Shown one piece after another: positions 38,672 through 47,943 of a DNA stretch of 64,000 nucleotides (positions are counted from its first letter, which is position 1; each line of letters begins with the position of its first letter). This DNA is from a bacterium (lineage in GTDB: Bacteria > RBG-13-61-14 > DATKZS01). The translations under genes and the position numbers were made by a program. The DNA lies in NCBI GenBank assembly GCA_963674965.2, contig CAXXFL010000006.1, forward strand, positions 320,001-384,000. The letters run 5' to 3'. A model generated the notes under the pieces. The model was given only the letters and a program-made list of their open reading frames with translations, was not told the origin of the DNA and ran no database searches.

Positions 38672-40452
38672 ATAAGCCGCAGATAAGGTCAAGTCAGCTT
38701 ATTACGACTTTCGGTCCGGGCGCTATGGTTGACCTGCCGGATGATGCGGTCATAATCACGGGCCTCGACCAGTGGCGCTACAGTAATGCTTCGCAACCTC
38801 CGGTAATTCACGAATCTCGCCTACAACGAAAATTGGCAGAGTTGCTAGGCATCTCCAACGTCCTTTTACGAAAGCCGCCTCCAGCTATCGAGGACAGGGG
38901 ATTTACTCCCGACATATCGGCCTATCGTTTTCCCGAATGGTACATCGTGCAAAGACAAATTCAGAGAGGCTCGCATAGGGCAAGAAAGCTCGTCAATCAA
39001 AAAGACCTGGAGAGAGCAAAATACAAAGATGATGACGGCAAGAAGTACCCCGTCGTTCCAGTCCGTTTTGTAAGAGCTTGTCGCAAAGGGCATGTGGGTG
39101 ACATCGACTGGTACTCCTTTGTCCATGGTACGGATACCGGGTGTCGTCGAGAACTATTCATCGAGGAGCGAGGTACGAGCGGAGACCTCGACGCCGTATG
39201 GGTAGTGTGCGGGTGTGGAGCGGCACGAGCCATGAGTCAGGCGGCGAGACCTGAACTGCGTGCCCTGGGCTCCTGTAACGGCGCACGGCCCTGGCTGGGA
39301 CCAGGAACCCGTGAGTCGTGCGGTGAGCCGAATAGACTGCTGATCCGCAGCGCCAGCAATGCTTATTTCCCTCAACTGCTGTCTGTCATCTCGATTCCTG
39401 ACTCACTTGAAAAAGTGGACCTCGCGGTTTCCGCTCTATGGGATTCTCATCTATCGGCTGTTGATAGTGAGACTACCCTTGAGGTCTTCATGAAGATACC
39501 TCAGGTGAAACAGCAACTCGAGGATTTTTCGACCGCCCAGGTCATGGAGGCTATCCACAGGCGCAAAGATGGCCAAGCTGATGAAGAGCGGCCTGTAAAA
39601 GAAACGGAATTCGAGGCGCTCTCAAAGGCGGAAGAGGAACTAGGCGTAGATCAGCCGGAGGGTGACTTTTATGCTAAGGCTTTGCCGCCCGCCCAGTGGT
39701 CCGAGAGTTGGATGCAATCAATCGAACGAGTCGTTTTGGTCCATCGTCTGCGAGAGGTTGTGGCCCAAGTCGGATTTACCAGATTCGAAGCCGCCGGACC
39801 GGATATTCAAGGCGAGCTTGATATTGATGTTCAGCGTGCACCGCTGGCATTGGACCTTTCCTGGTTACCTGCCATTGAAAACCGTGGTGAAGGTATTTTC
39901 CTCCAGTTTAGCGCGGAAGCCGTGGATGCCTGGTTGAAGCTCGATGCCGTGAAAAAAAGAGATGCACAGTTACAGGAAGGCTTTCAAAAATGGCTTGAAG
40001 CACATGAGGGAAGCAAGCGTCAATATCCTGGACTCCCGTATTATATGCTCCATTCACTTTCTCACCTTCTCCTAATTGCAGTCTCGTTGGAGTGCGGCTA
40101 TCCGGCATCTTCGCTTCGTGAGAGAGTCTATGCGATGCCTGACAAATACGGTATTTTGATCTATACAGGCTCTTCGGACGCTGAAGGCACCTTGGGCGGA
40201 CTTGTCGAGGCGGGGAGAAGAATTAAATACCACTTACAGAGAGCGCTTGATATGGGAGAGTTGTGTTCAAATGACCCTGTATGCGCTTTCCACGCTCCCT
40301 CACAGCATGACCACAAAACCTTGCTAGGTAGCGCGTGTCATGGGTGCTTACTCATTTCAGAGACATCCTGTGAACAAAGGAACGATTTTTTGGACAGAGC
40401 TTTAGTAGTACGCACCGTTGAGTCTGTCGGCGCAGAGTTTTTCGGGAGATAG
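38668..40452 (+). CDS. drmB: DISARM DUF1998 protein DrmB
   Basis: R.SQ.I.TFGPGA..D, LHSLSH.L, EGTLGGLV, CSNDPVC...ACHGC...SETSCE. Confidence 0.93.
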   Translation: MNKPQIRSSQLITTFGPGAMVDLPDDAVIITGLDQWRYSNASQPPVIHESRLQRKLAELLGISNVLLRKPPPAIEDRGFTPDISAYRFPEWYIVQRQIQRGSHRARKLVNQKDLERAKYKDDDGKKYPVVPVRFVRACRKGHVGDIDWYSFVHGTDTGCRRELFIEERGTSGDLDAVWVVCGCGAARAMSQAARPELRALGSCNGARPWLGPGTRESCGEPNRLLIRSASNAYFPQLLSVISIPDSLEKVDLAVSALWDSHLSAVDSETTLEVFMKIPQVKQQLEDFSTAQVMEAIHRRKDGQADEERPVKETEFEALSKAEEELGVDQPEGDFYAKALPPAQWSESWMQSIERVVLVHRLREVVAQVGFTRFEAAGPDIQGELDIDVQRAPLALDLSWLPAIENRGEGIFLQFSAEAVDAWLKLDAVKKRDAQLQEGFQKWLEAHEGSKRQYPGLPYYMLHSLSHLLLIAVSLECGYPASSLRERVYAMPDKYGILIYTGSSDAEGTLGGLVEAGRRIKYHLQRALDMGELCSNDPVCAFHAPSQHDHKTLLGSACHGCLLISETSCEQRNDFLDRALVVRTVESVGAEFFGR

Positions 40453-40457
40453 GCAGA

Positions 40458-41252
40458 ATGTTCGACGTATTTCATAAGCTCACAACCTCCAGTCTGAGAC
40501 AACTCTCAGATTCTCTACGGGATGGGGAATTGGCATCTGGCATTACATCGCATGCGATACAGCAGATTGCAGGGGCTTCGCTAACAGAGGAATTGGTTAA
40601 AGTGCTGGAAAATTTATCTTGCTTGGGGTGGTCTTCCAGTCAACTTTCCGATTTCGTCAAGTTCATAGCAGATACTCGTGAACAGGCATCAAAACCTGAA
40701 TCTGTTTTTGATCTTGTTTTATCAGGCCCCGATGTACAGGGCATTCCCACAAGGGACACTGCCGCCGTAATGCATTCACTAATCGAACAGGCCAACGAGG
40801 AAGTGATTTTGGTTGGGTATGCTGTTCACAACGGTAAAAAGCTATTTGAACGCCTGGCTCAGCGGATGGAAGAACAGCCAAAGTTGAACGTTTGGTTTTG
40901 TCTAAATATTCAGAGGCAATTTAGAGATACTTCGTTAAGTTCAGAAATTGTTCGTCGCTTTTCAACTGAGTTTCAGGAGAAACATTGGCCCTGGAGCCCA
41001 AAGCCACAAGTATTCTATGACCCTCGTTCTTTGGATGATAAAGGCAAAACTCGAACTAGCTTGCATGCAAAATGTCTGATTGTTGATCGAGAACAGGCGT
41101 TAATTACGTCCGCTAATTTTACTGAAGCAGCGCAGAAAAGGAATATAGAAGCGGGAGTGGTTGTCCGGTATAAACCTTTCGTTGAACGCATCACCTTGTA
41201 TTTTGACATGATGAAGCAATCTATTTTCAAGGAGCTTGTTTTCCCGAATTAA
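40458..41252 (+). CDS. drmC: DISARM phospholipase D-like nuclease DrmC
   Basis: LHAKCLIVD...TSANFT...N.E.G; last gene of the operon. Confidence 0.92.
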   Translation: MFDVFHKLTTSSLRQLSDSLRDGELASGITSHAIQQIAGASLTEELVKVLENLSCLGWSSSQLSDFVKFIADTREQASKPESVFDLVLSGPDVQGIPTRDTAAVMHSLIEQANEEVILVGYAVHNGKKLFERLAQRMEEQPKLNVWFCLNIQRQFRDTSLSSEIVRRFSTEFQEKHWPWSPKPQVFYDPRSLDDKGKTRTSLHAKCLIVDREQALITSANFTEAAQKRNIEAGVVVRYKPFVERITLYFDMMKQSIFKELVFPN

Positions 41253-42229
41253 CAGGATTGTTTATTGCCTTTCTGACTGATGTATGCCGCACTGCTATTT
41301 AGATCTAGTTCAACACGTTCACCAACAGTTTGCTCCAATCTTCTTAGAAATGATTTTCTATATCTAGTATGGAGGATTTGCTGATAGTACCGATTGGGTA
41401 CATCAATGGCAACATGAACTTTATCACTTGTATGTTCAACCTTGCTTATGAAACACGACGATAATATCGTTCGAGTGAGAACACTATTCTTGCCCAGCCC
41501 GTCGGTGATTTTATTATACAGATGATCGTACTTTTCTGGATAGCGATATTTCATTCGTCTCTCATGATAGAGTTGTTGATGGTCTTTTTCATTTGAGTAA
41601 ACATTCATTGTATTGTTTGATCCTATTTTTGAAGAAGCATCACGGATATGTTCCCCCTTTCCGCTTCTGGTATGGTTTTTTATAATTACTTTAGATTCTT
41701 TTATTTTTTCAAAAGTACTATATTTTATGCGGACATCATGGCCAGTAGGCTGTGCTTTTAAGGGTACAACCTTAACTCCATCCTGGTTGTTTGGGTGTTC
41801 CTTAAAGCTTACATCCATGTGGATATCTTGCCGCACGAGTTGCATCTCGTCATCGGGAGTAAGCGGGTCATCGAGAGCGACCTTGAACAGGCATTTGCCC
41901 TTGACTCTCTTTTCAAGTTTCGGATTGTAAATGTACGTCGGCTTGAACCGGATGAAGCTTTCAGCATTCTCGTTTTTCAAAAGGCGGGATATTTTCTTAG
42001 AACTAAAGCCAACTGTTTGTGCAAGTTCGTCCAGCGTCGAGTAGAACCAATCTCTGACCTCTCCGGTGTTATTATTGCGATAGCACTTCTGGCGGGCCTC
42101 AATGATGAGCACAGCCAGGTCATTGCCTAAGATAGGCCGCCAGTTCCGCCAGAAGTACCGAGTTGTGATTACGACCGAGCGTGGCTTGATGACCGCCGTA
42201 CAGGCTGTTTGGTAGTAGGAGTTTTTCAT
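41249..42229 (-). CDS. Putative replication initiator (HTH + C-terminal DnaA_N-like domain)
   Basis: YF...W.P.LG, HTH (STLDELAQTVGFSSKKISRLL), C-terminal I.VPN.Y....L..RY motif resembling DnaA domain I. Confidence 0.55.
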   Translation of the reverse strand: MKNSYYQTACTAVIKPRSVVITTRYFWRNWRPILGNDLAVLIIEARQKCYRNNNTGEVRDWFYSTLDELAQTVGFSSKKISRLLKNENAESFIRFKPTYIYNPKLEKRVKGKCLFKVALDDPLTPDDEMQLVRQDIHMDVSFKEHPNNQDGVKVVPLKAQPTGHDVRIKYSTFEKIKESKVIIKNHTRSGKGEHIRDASSKIGSNNTMNVYSNEKDHQQLYHERRMKYRYPEKYDHLYNKITDGLGKNSVLTRTILSSCFISKVEHTSDKVHVAIDVPNRYYQQILHTRYRKSFLRRLEQTVGERVELDLNSSAAYISQKGNKQSC

Positions 42230-42385
42230 AGGTTTGATTATTATTTGCGAATTAAAGAATAGGGCAGTGTTTTCCCTTTAGTGAAAGGCTTTTCAGGGCC
42301 TTTTGGTTGCAGTGGCCCCTCTGTGCCAACGTAGATGAGACACTTCCCCTATGTTAAATTACTGTAGGGCGGGGGAGGTATTAGG

Positions 42386-42925
42386 ATGTATAGAGAGATG
42401 GATGAAGACAGGAAGAAGGCAGGGATTGTTGGGGAGACGGAGGGAGCCCGTAGGGCGACCGGAGTCTCCCCAACCGGGACGGCCGAGCCGGAGGACACTC
42501 CGGCCAAGCGGCCCGAGCGGGGAGGGGCGCCGATCATTCTTCCCGACCCGGAGGTCCCGGAAAAGCCCGCCCGGCGGCGCTTCACCGCGGCTTACAAGCT
42601 CGCAATCCTCGGGAAGGCCGACGCCTGCTCGGGGCATGGCGAGGTCGGCGCCCTGCTGCGCCGGGAGGGCCTTTATTCGTCGCACCTGACGGCCTGGCGC
42701 AAGCAGCGGGACGAGGGGGCCTTGAAAGCGCTTTCGCCCGTAAAGCGGGGCCGCAAGCCCAAGGCCAAAAACCCGCTGGCCGATGAAGTGGCCCGCCTCG
42801 AGCGCGAGAACCGGAAGCTCCAAAAGCGGCTCGAACAGGCCGAGATGATAATCGACTTCCAAAAAAAAGTTGCCGATCTGCTGGGGATACCCCTGGCCAA
42901 GCCGCCCGGCGAAGAGAGCGAATGA
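42386..42925 (+). CDS. IS3-family transposase OrfA
   Basis: As copy 1 with 2 aa changes. Confidence 0.9.
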   Translation: MYREMDEDRKKAGIVGETEGARRATGVSPTGTAEPEDTPAKRPERGGAPIILPDPEVPEKPARRRFTAAYKLAILGKADACSGHGEVGALLRREGLYSSHLTAWRKQRDEGALKALSPVKRGRKPKAKNPLADEVARLERENRKLQKRLEQAEMIIDFQKKVADLLGIPLAKPPGEESE

Positions 42926-43938
42926 TGGAATCGGCAAGCACGGCCGCTCCCCGGGTCGGCGTCAAGGCCGCCTGCGAGGCCCTGGGCCTGTCGCGGGCAA
43001 CGTTTGACCGCCGCGCTAAAATTCCCTTCGGGCCTCCGCCGCCGAGGCGCGCGGCCAAGCCGGCAAGGTCGTTGAGCGAGGACGAGCGGCGCCGGGTGCT
43101 GGACGGACTCCACTCCGAGCGCTTTGCCGACAAGGCCCCCCGCGAGGTCTGGGCAACGCTCCTGGACGAGGGGACATGGCTGTGCTCGGTCCGCACCATG
43201 TACCGCGTCCTCGACTCGGAAAAGGAAGTCAGGGAGCGGCGCAACCAGCTTCGGCATCCCCGATACAAAAAACCCGAGTTGCTGGCCGAGGCCCCCAACC
43301 AGGTCTGGTCCTGGGACGTCACCAAGCTCAAGGGACCGGCCAAATGGACCTGCTACCAGCTCTACGTGATCATGGATATCTTCAGCCGCTGCGTGGTGGG
43401 CTGGATGATCGCCCGCCGCGAGAGCGCCGAGCTGGCCCGCCGCCTGATCGGGGACAGCATCCGAAAACAGGAGATCGAGCCGGGACAACTCACAATCCAC
43501 GCCGACCGGGGGAGTTCGATGAAATCAAAGCCGGTGGCCTTCTTGATGGCCGACCTGGGCGTGACCAAGAGCCACTCGCGGCCCCACGTGTCCGACGACA
43601 ACCCCTACTCGGAAAGCCAGTTCAAGACCATGAAGTACCGGCCCGAGTTCCCGAGCCGGTTCGGCTCCATCGAGGACGCCAGGGCCTTTTGCGTGAAGTT
43701 TTTCGATTGGTACAACCGCGAGCATCGGCACACCGGGATCGGCCTGATGACGCCCGAGATGGTCCATTACGGAATGGCGAGCGAGATCGTGGCCGCCCGG
43801 CAAAAAACGCTCGACCACGCCTATGAAAAAAACCCGGAGCGCTTCGTGAAAAGACCGCCGACGGCGCCGGAGTTGCCCGGCAAAGCGTGGATCAACCCAC
43901 CGGAGAAACCGGAGGAAACAAACAGTTTGCCACACTAA
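42922..43938 (+). CDS. IS3-family transposase OrfB
   Basis: DDE motifs intact. Confidence 0.93.
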   Translation: MMESASTAAPRVGVKAACEALGLSRATFDRRAKIPFGPPPPRRAAKPARSLSEDERRRVLDGLHSERFADKAPREVWATLLDEGTWLCSVRTMYRVLDSEKEVRERRNQLRHPRYKKPELLAEAPNQVWSWDVTKLKGPAKWTCYQLYVIMDIFSRCVVGWMIARRESAELARRLIGDSIRKQEIEPGQLTIHADRGSSMKSKPVAFLMADLGVTKSHSRPHVSDDNPYSESQFKTMKYRPEFPSRFGSIEDARAFCVKFFDWYNREHRHTGIGLMTPEMVHYGMASEIVAARQKTLDHAYEKNPERFVKRPPTAPELPGKAWINPPEKPEETNSLPH

Positions 43939-44017
43939 ATTCAGGAAAGGCGTGTCTCATTTTGCTTGACACATTCCGGGCGTTATAAATTATGGTTGAC
44001 GTAGTTACGGTAATTTG

Positions 44018-45568
44018 TTATCTTTTCAGTACGGGGATGTGGAAATGTCGTGAGGGATCGGCGAAAAAAGTTCGAACCCTGTCCAGTAGCCCCCACCCTA
44101 ACGGACTCCCGGCGTTTTCGGCGATCAGCCGAAACGGTTTTCTCGCTGTAATTAGCAATTTTTTATCCTTTAAAATTAATTTCGAACCGATGGTTTCCAG
44201 GATTTCCCGTTTTAGACCGTCTTGTCCTTTGGTGAAATTTTCCTTGGCTAAGGTTAGGAATAAAAGCAGCCTCTCGGAAGGTTCGAACCAAATCATGGGA
44301 TTGCTTTCCATCTCGGTCAGTTTTTCCTCCAGACCTATTTTCTTGGCGGTGATGTCCGTTTTTTGCTGCTTGTATTCATCATCGTCGATCAGCTCTTTCA
44401 GACGTAAGTCCAACAAGCTTCGGAGTTTCGTTTCGTGAACGCCGATGGCTTTTTTTACGGAGTTGACGGCCTTTTCATGCAATTTTTGCTCATCCTTTTT
44501 TACGCTTCGGATCTGTTCTAAAGCCCAGGCGACGTGTTGCTCTGGCAGATATATGCTCTCCAGGAACAATTGAATCTGCTCCTCCAGTTTTTCGACTCGG
44601 AGGTGTTTTTGTTTACAACGATTAGCGTGTCCGTCTTTACGTTTCGTACAATGGTAGTAAACGTACCGATACCCCTTATAGTTGACTCTTTCCTCGGCGG
44701 TGATCATGCCGCCACACTCGCCGCACTTAATCATACCGGTGTAGGCGAAATTACGGGGGGCGCGTTTGGCTATGGGTCTGCGGAGCATCTTTTGAACTTG
44801 GTCGAATTCCTGCTTGGTGATCATCGGTTCGTGCGATCCTGGGTAGAGTACCCCGTTCCTTAAGATCGCACCGTAATAGAACGGTCTTGCCAGCATTTGA
44901 TAAAGCGCGCTCCGGGTAAGGACCTTCCCGCACTTTTTCTTCGAAGGACGAGTGGTCAGCCCCCAGTCCTCTTCGGCGGTTCTGAGTAGTTCGTCGACAT
45001 TGTAGTTTCCGGAAAGGATTACGTCCCATATTTTACGGACCAAATGGAAGCGATCCGGGTCTTTGACGATAGTTCGCTCCTCTTCGTCGTTAAGGTAACC
45101 CAGCGGGGCTCTACCGGGCAGAATGCCTTTATCCAGCTTGGCTCGGTTACCTCTTTTCACGTTATCGCTGAGATCGTCTGAATACTTCTTAGCGAATATG
45201 AGCTCGAAAGCAAGCATCATCTTGTCTTCGGAGGTATTCTTGTATCGCCTGTGCGGAGTGACGATCTCCTTGATATCCCCTTCCTCCAAAGTTAGGATGA
45301 GGTTGGACATATCGGCCGGGTTTCTCGCCAACCGATCCGTCTTCCAGCAAAGGATTCCGGTGTCCTCGCTTTTTTTAAGCTGATCCATGAGATCGTTGAA
45401 AACGGGACGGCCCGGGGATTTGGCCGACCGTGACTCGTGGAATACGTCCACCACGTTTAACCCTTGTTTTAACGCCACTGCTTCTAATTCTTTGATTTGT
45501 GCGTCGATGCTGAGCACTTGCCGGTCCTCCGACTCGGTGCTCTTGCGCGCGTAAATAAAGCACTTCAT
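44018..45568 (-). CDS. Large serine recombinase (intact)
   Basis: YARKSTESEDRQ catalytic motif, ES.SAK.PGRP.F, WKTDRLARN, CGECG, YY.C, coiled coil. Confidence 0.93.
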   Translation of the reverse strand: MKCFIYARKSTESEDRQVLSIDAQIKELEAVALKQGLNVVDVFHESRSAKSPGRPVFNDLMDQLKKSEDTGILCWKTDRLARNPADMSNLILTLEEGDIKEIVTPHRRYKNTSEDKMMLAFELIFAKKYSDDLSDNVKRGNRAKLDKGILPGRAPLGYLNDEEERTIVKDPDRFHLVRKIWDVILSGNYNVDELLRTAEEDWGLTTRPSKKKCGKVLTRSALYQMLARPFYYGAILRNGVLYPGSHEPMITKQEFDQVQKMLRRPIAKRAPRNFAYTGMIKCGECGGMITAEERVNYKGYRYVYYHCTKRKDGHANRCKQKHLRVEKLEEQIQLFLESIYLPEQHVAWALEQIRSVKKDEQKLHEKAVNSVKKAIGVHETKLRSLLDLRLKELIDDDEYKQQKTDITAKKIGLEEKLTEMESNPMIWFEPSERLLLFLTLAKENFTKGQDGLKREILETIGSKLILKDKKLLITARKPFRLIAENAGSPLGWGLLDRVRTFFADPSRHFHIPVLKR

Positions 45569-45613
45569 GGAAAATTGAATGAATTAATAAAAGCAGATTT
45601 TAGAAGGGCTGAC

Positions 45614-45790
45614 TTAATCATAACGTTTTTGTCGATTATTCGTCAATCCCTTCGGCACTTTGGTAAAGGCTTTGAAAATGTTTATCAGCCTGATCCCCAT
45701 CTCCCAAGCTTCGTCGTTTGAAAGCATCTCCCCGAACTCGTCGTGGTGGATTTTCTTTAATTTGTCGATTGCTTTTTGGTCTAAAGGCAT
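45614..45790 (-). CDS. Small 58-aa protein upstream of the recombinase (below the ORF-track cutoff)
   Basis: MPLDQKAIDKLKKIHHDEFGEMLSNDEAWEMGIRLINIFKAF...; its 3' end contains TTGACG-18-TATGAT pointing into the recombinase. Confidence 0.55.
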   Translation of the reverse strand: MPLDQKAIDKLKKIHHDEFGEMLSNDEAWEMGIRLINIFKAFTKVPKGLTNNRQKRYD

Positions 45791-45884
45791 TTATGCGAAG
45801 TTAATCATTATACTTTCACAATAGCCTATTGATGATGGTTTCAAAAGGGGGAAAAATGCGATTTTAAGAGTACCCTCTAAGGCA

Positions 45885-45933
45885 TGTGGAAAAACACTTT
45901 ACAAATTGTGTTCAGTTCGATAAGTTATCCACA
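45885..45933. promoter_or_regulatory. Pair of inverted DnaA boxes
   Basis: TGTGGAAAA (45885-45893) and TTATCCACA (45925-45933) both fit TTWTNCACA; AT-rich divergent intergenic region. Confidence 0.55.
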
Positions 45934-46031
45934 GGGGACCATAAAGGGGTATTTTTAGGAAAACAATTTTCCTTCTTTCTTAGCGAGCAATAATCGCTAA
46001 AATAAAATCAAGACTATTGATTTTATCGCTT

Positions 46032-46322
46032 ATGGAGCGGTCACATTTCCCCAACAGCATCAAGCGCTACCGCTTGAAATTCTATCCAAGGCCACTGACC
46101 CAGGACGAGCTTGGACAACTGATTGGAGTCCATCGAAGTCGTGTATCTCTCTATGAGATTGGCGCGGTTTTCCCAAGCGGCCAGATGTTATTCAGGCTCA
46201 GCGCCGCACTGAACGTGCTGCCTGAAGTCCTGTATAAACCTTTCTACGATGAAGTCAGAAATCAGATTCTTGAACAGAAGAATCAAATCGGGATTTTCAA
46301 ATCAAAAAACCATTGGCGTTAA
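46032..46322 (+). CDS. XRE-family HTH regulator
   Basis: LTQDELGQLIGVHRSRVSLYEIG..FPS. Confidence 0.8.
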   Translation: MERSHFPNSIKRYRLKFYPRPLTQDELGQLIGVHRSRVSLYEIGAVFPSGQMLFRLSAALNVLPEVLYKPFYDEVRNQILEQKNQIGIFKSKNHWR

Positions 46323-46358
46323 CCACCCAGAGGTTCTCCAACTATTAACATCAATTAC

Positions 46359-46907
46359 ATGGATAGAAAAATACCAATCCACATCCTGGGTATTGTGCCC
46401 GGGAGACGAGTGGTGGGTTTTGCGGTACTTGACGAAACCGGCCTCAAAAGTTTTGGAGTCAAGTCCCTTCGCAGATACGAATCGGACAGCAAACGATTGC
46501 TGGTCATCAACCGTTTTCTTTGTGGAATGATGAACTCTACGAACCCTAGGGCGGTTGTTGTATTAAAACCTTCTCCTCAAAAGTCCACGAGTTTTACTCT
46601 CCAGTTGATCTCCTTCATCCGGGGATTGGTAAACAGTCGTTATTGTCCACTCTACTTTCTCAGCATTAAGCAGGTAAAGACTATGCTTGGGTCGGGAAGG
46701 AAGCTGGCAAATCAGCGTGAGGTGGCCCAGGTATTAAGGAACCGTTACACTGAACTTCAATATTATATGCCCGCCATCGAGTCCAGGGTGATAAAGGATC
46801 GTGAGAAGTACTATCAGCCCTTGTTCGCCGCCATTGGTCTCGCTTTTTCATATTTAAAACTTTCCGAAAATGAACAACAGCCAGAAGACAATTCAACAAA
46901 GCCATAA
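46359..46907 (+). CDS. RuvC/RNase H-fold-like protein, catalytic acids apparently missing
   Basis: ILGIVPGRRVVGFAV in place of ILGIDPG; VVVLK; C-terminal F.AI.LA. Confidence 0.55.
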   Translation: MDRKIPIHILGIVPGRRVVGFAVLDETGLKSFGVKSLRRYESDSKRLLVINRFLCGMMNSTNPRAVVVLKPSPQKSTSFTLQLISFIRGLVNSRYCPLYFLSIKQVKTMLGSGRKLANQREVAQVLRNRYTELQYYMPAIESRVIKDREKYYQPLFAAIGLAFSYLKLSENEQQPEDNSTKP

Positions 46908-47729
46908 CTACGATCAGGTTCTAAAGCTGATTTCACGCTACAGATACATTACGATCGCCCAACTTCAAGCTATACTGGGGCTTCAGGGCTATCAGCAGGC
47001 CAGGAAGATATTGTTCGACCTTTGGGAAAACGGATACCTTGAGCGACTTGTTCTCACCAGGGCTACCAACAAAATCCACTACAAGTATGTGTTTGCCTTG
47101 AGCCGAAAGGGGGCTCGGCAACTCCTTATCTCGTTCGGGCTTGAAAAGATATCCTATTTGAGGCCGAAGGATCAGCGTTCGACCGTGTTTCTTGAACACA
47201 CGCTTTTAATTAATGATTTCAGAATCTGCCTTGAAGGACTGCAACGCCGCCAAAACGACTTCGAGCTTACTTCATGGAAGCAGTCCAAGCAGCAGGTCAA
47301 AGTCACACTCAATACAACCATTCAATGAGTTATTACTATCGCAGACAGCATCTAATTCCAGACGCACTGTTCACCATCCGTATCAAGGGAAAAGAGCACT
47401 TTTTTCTGATGGAAATGGACAGGGGGACAATAAGTGCTAAGCGGATGTTCACAAGGTACAAAGCCTACTATGACTGGTGGAGAAGCGGCGGGCCGAAGTC
47501 TGACTTCGGGATCGCTTCAATCCGCATTCTGACCGTTACAGTGAACGAGAAGCGAATGGACAACCTGATCCGCTGCTGCTACTCAGTAAAAGATGGCTCT
47601 CAGGGTTCAGCCTTATTCTGGTTCACCACTACCTATCATATCGATGTTTTCAAGCCTCGGAAACTTCTGGATCGCATCTGGTTGAAAGCCTTACCTGAGG
47701 ATCATTCCCTTTACAGCCTAATAGACTGA
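46870..47729 (+). pseudogene. Replication-relaxation (Replic_Relax) family protein split into two frames (46870-47328, 47325-47729)
   Basis: N half has a wHTH and LEHTLLINDF; C half has LIPDALF and FLMEMDRGT. The halves meet at an ATGA overlap. Confidence 0.7.
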
Positions 47730-47730
47730 C

Positions 47731-47903
47731 GCCTTCCCGGCATCTTGGCCGTCATGCTGGGGTGTTTTTGCCAGTTCTCCTGCCGGAATGGGAAAGCAGG
47801 CCCTTTTCAGTGGCACAGGACTGATTAGGGCCTGGCGGGAAGGCTTTGAAGGCAGTCTTGAAGATTTCAAGCTTGCCTTCAGTGTCTTTCCTTTGGGAAG
47901 GAC
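47731..47903 (+). other. Densely base-paired multi-stem intergenic element (structured RNA or ssDNA signal)
   Basis: GCCTTCCCG/CGGGAAGGC closing stem, CAGGCCCT/AGGGCCTG, TGAAGGCA..CTTGAA/TTCAAG..TGCCTTCA, GTCTTTCC/GGAAGGAC. Confidence 0.55.
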
Positions 47904-47943
47904 GGAATACGTACATTCAACAAATCACGAAAGGAGAAAGTAA

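Larger units (their letters stand above)
42316..43978 (+). mobile_element. IS3-family insertion sequence, copy 4, diverged variant (2-bp TSD GG)
   Basis: Same ends and length; multiple substitutions relative to copies 1-3. Confidence 0.95.
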
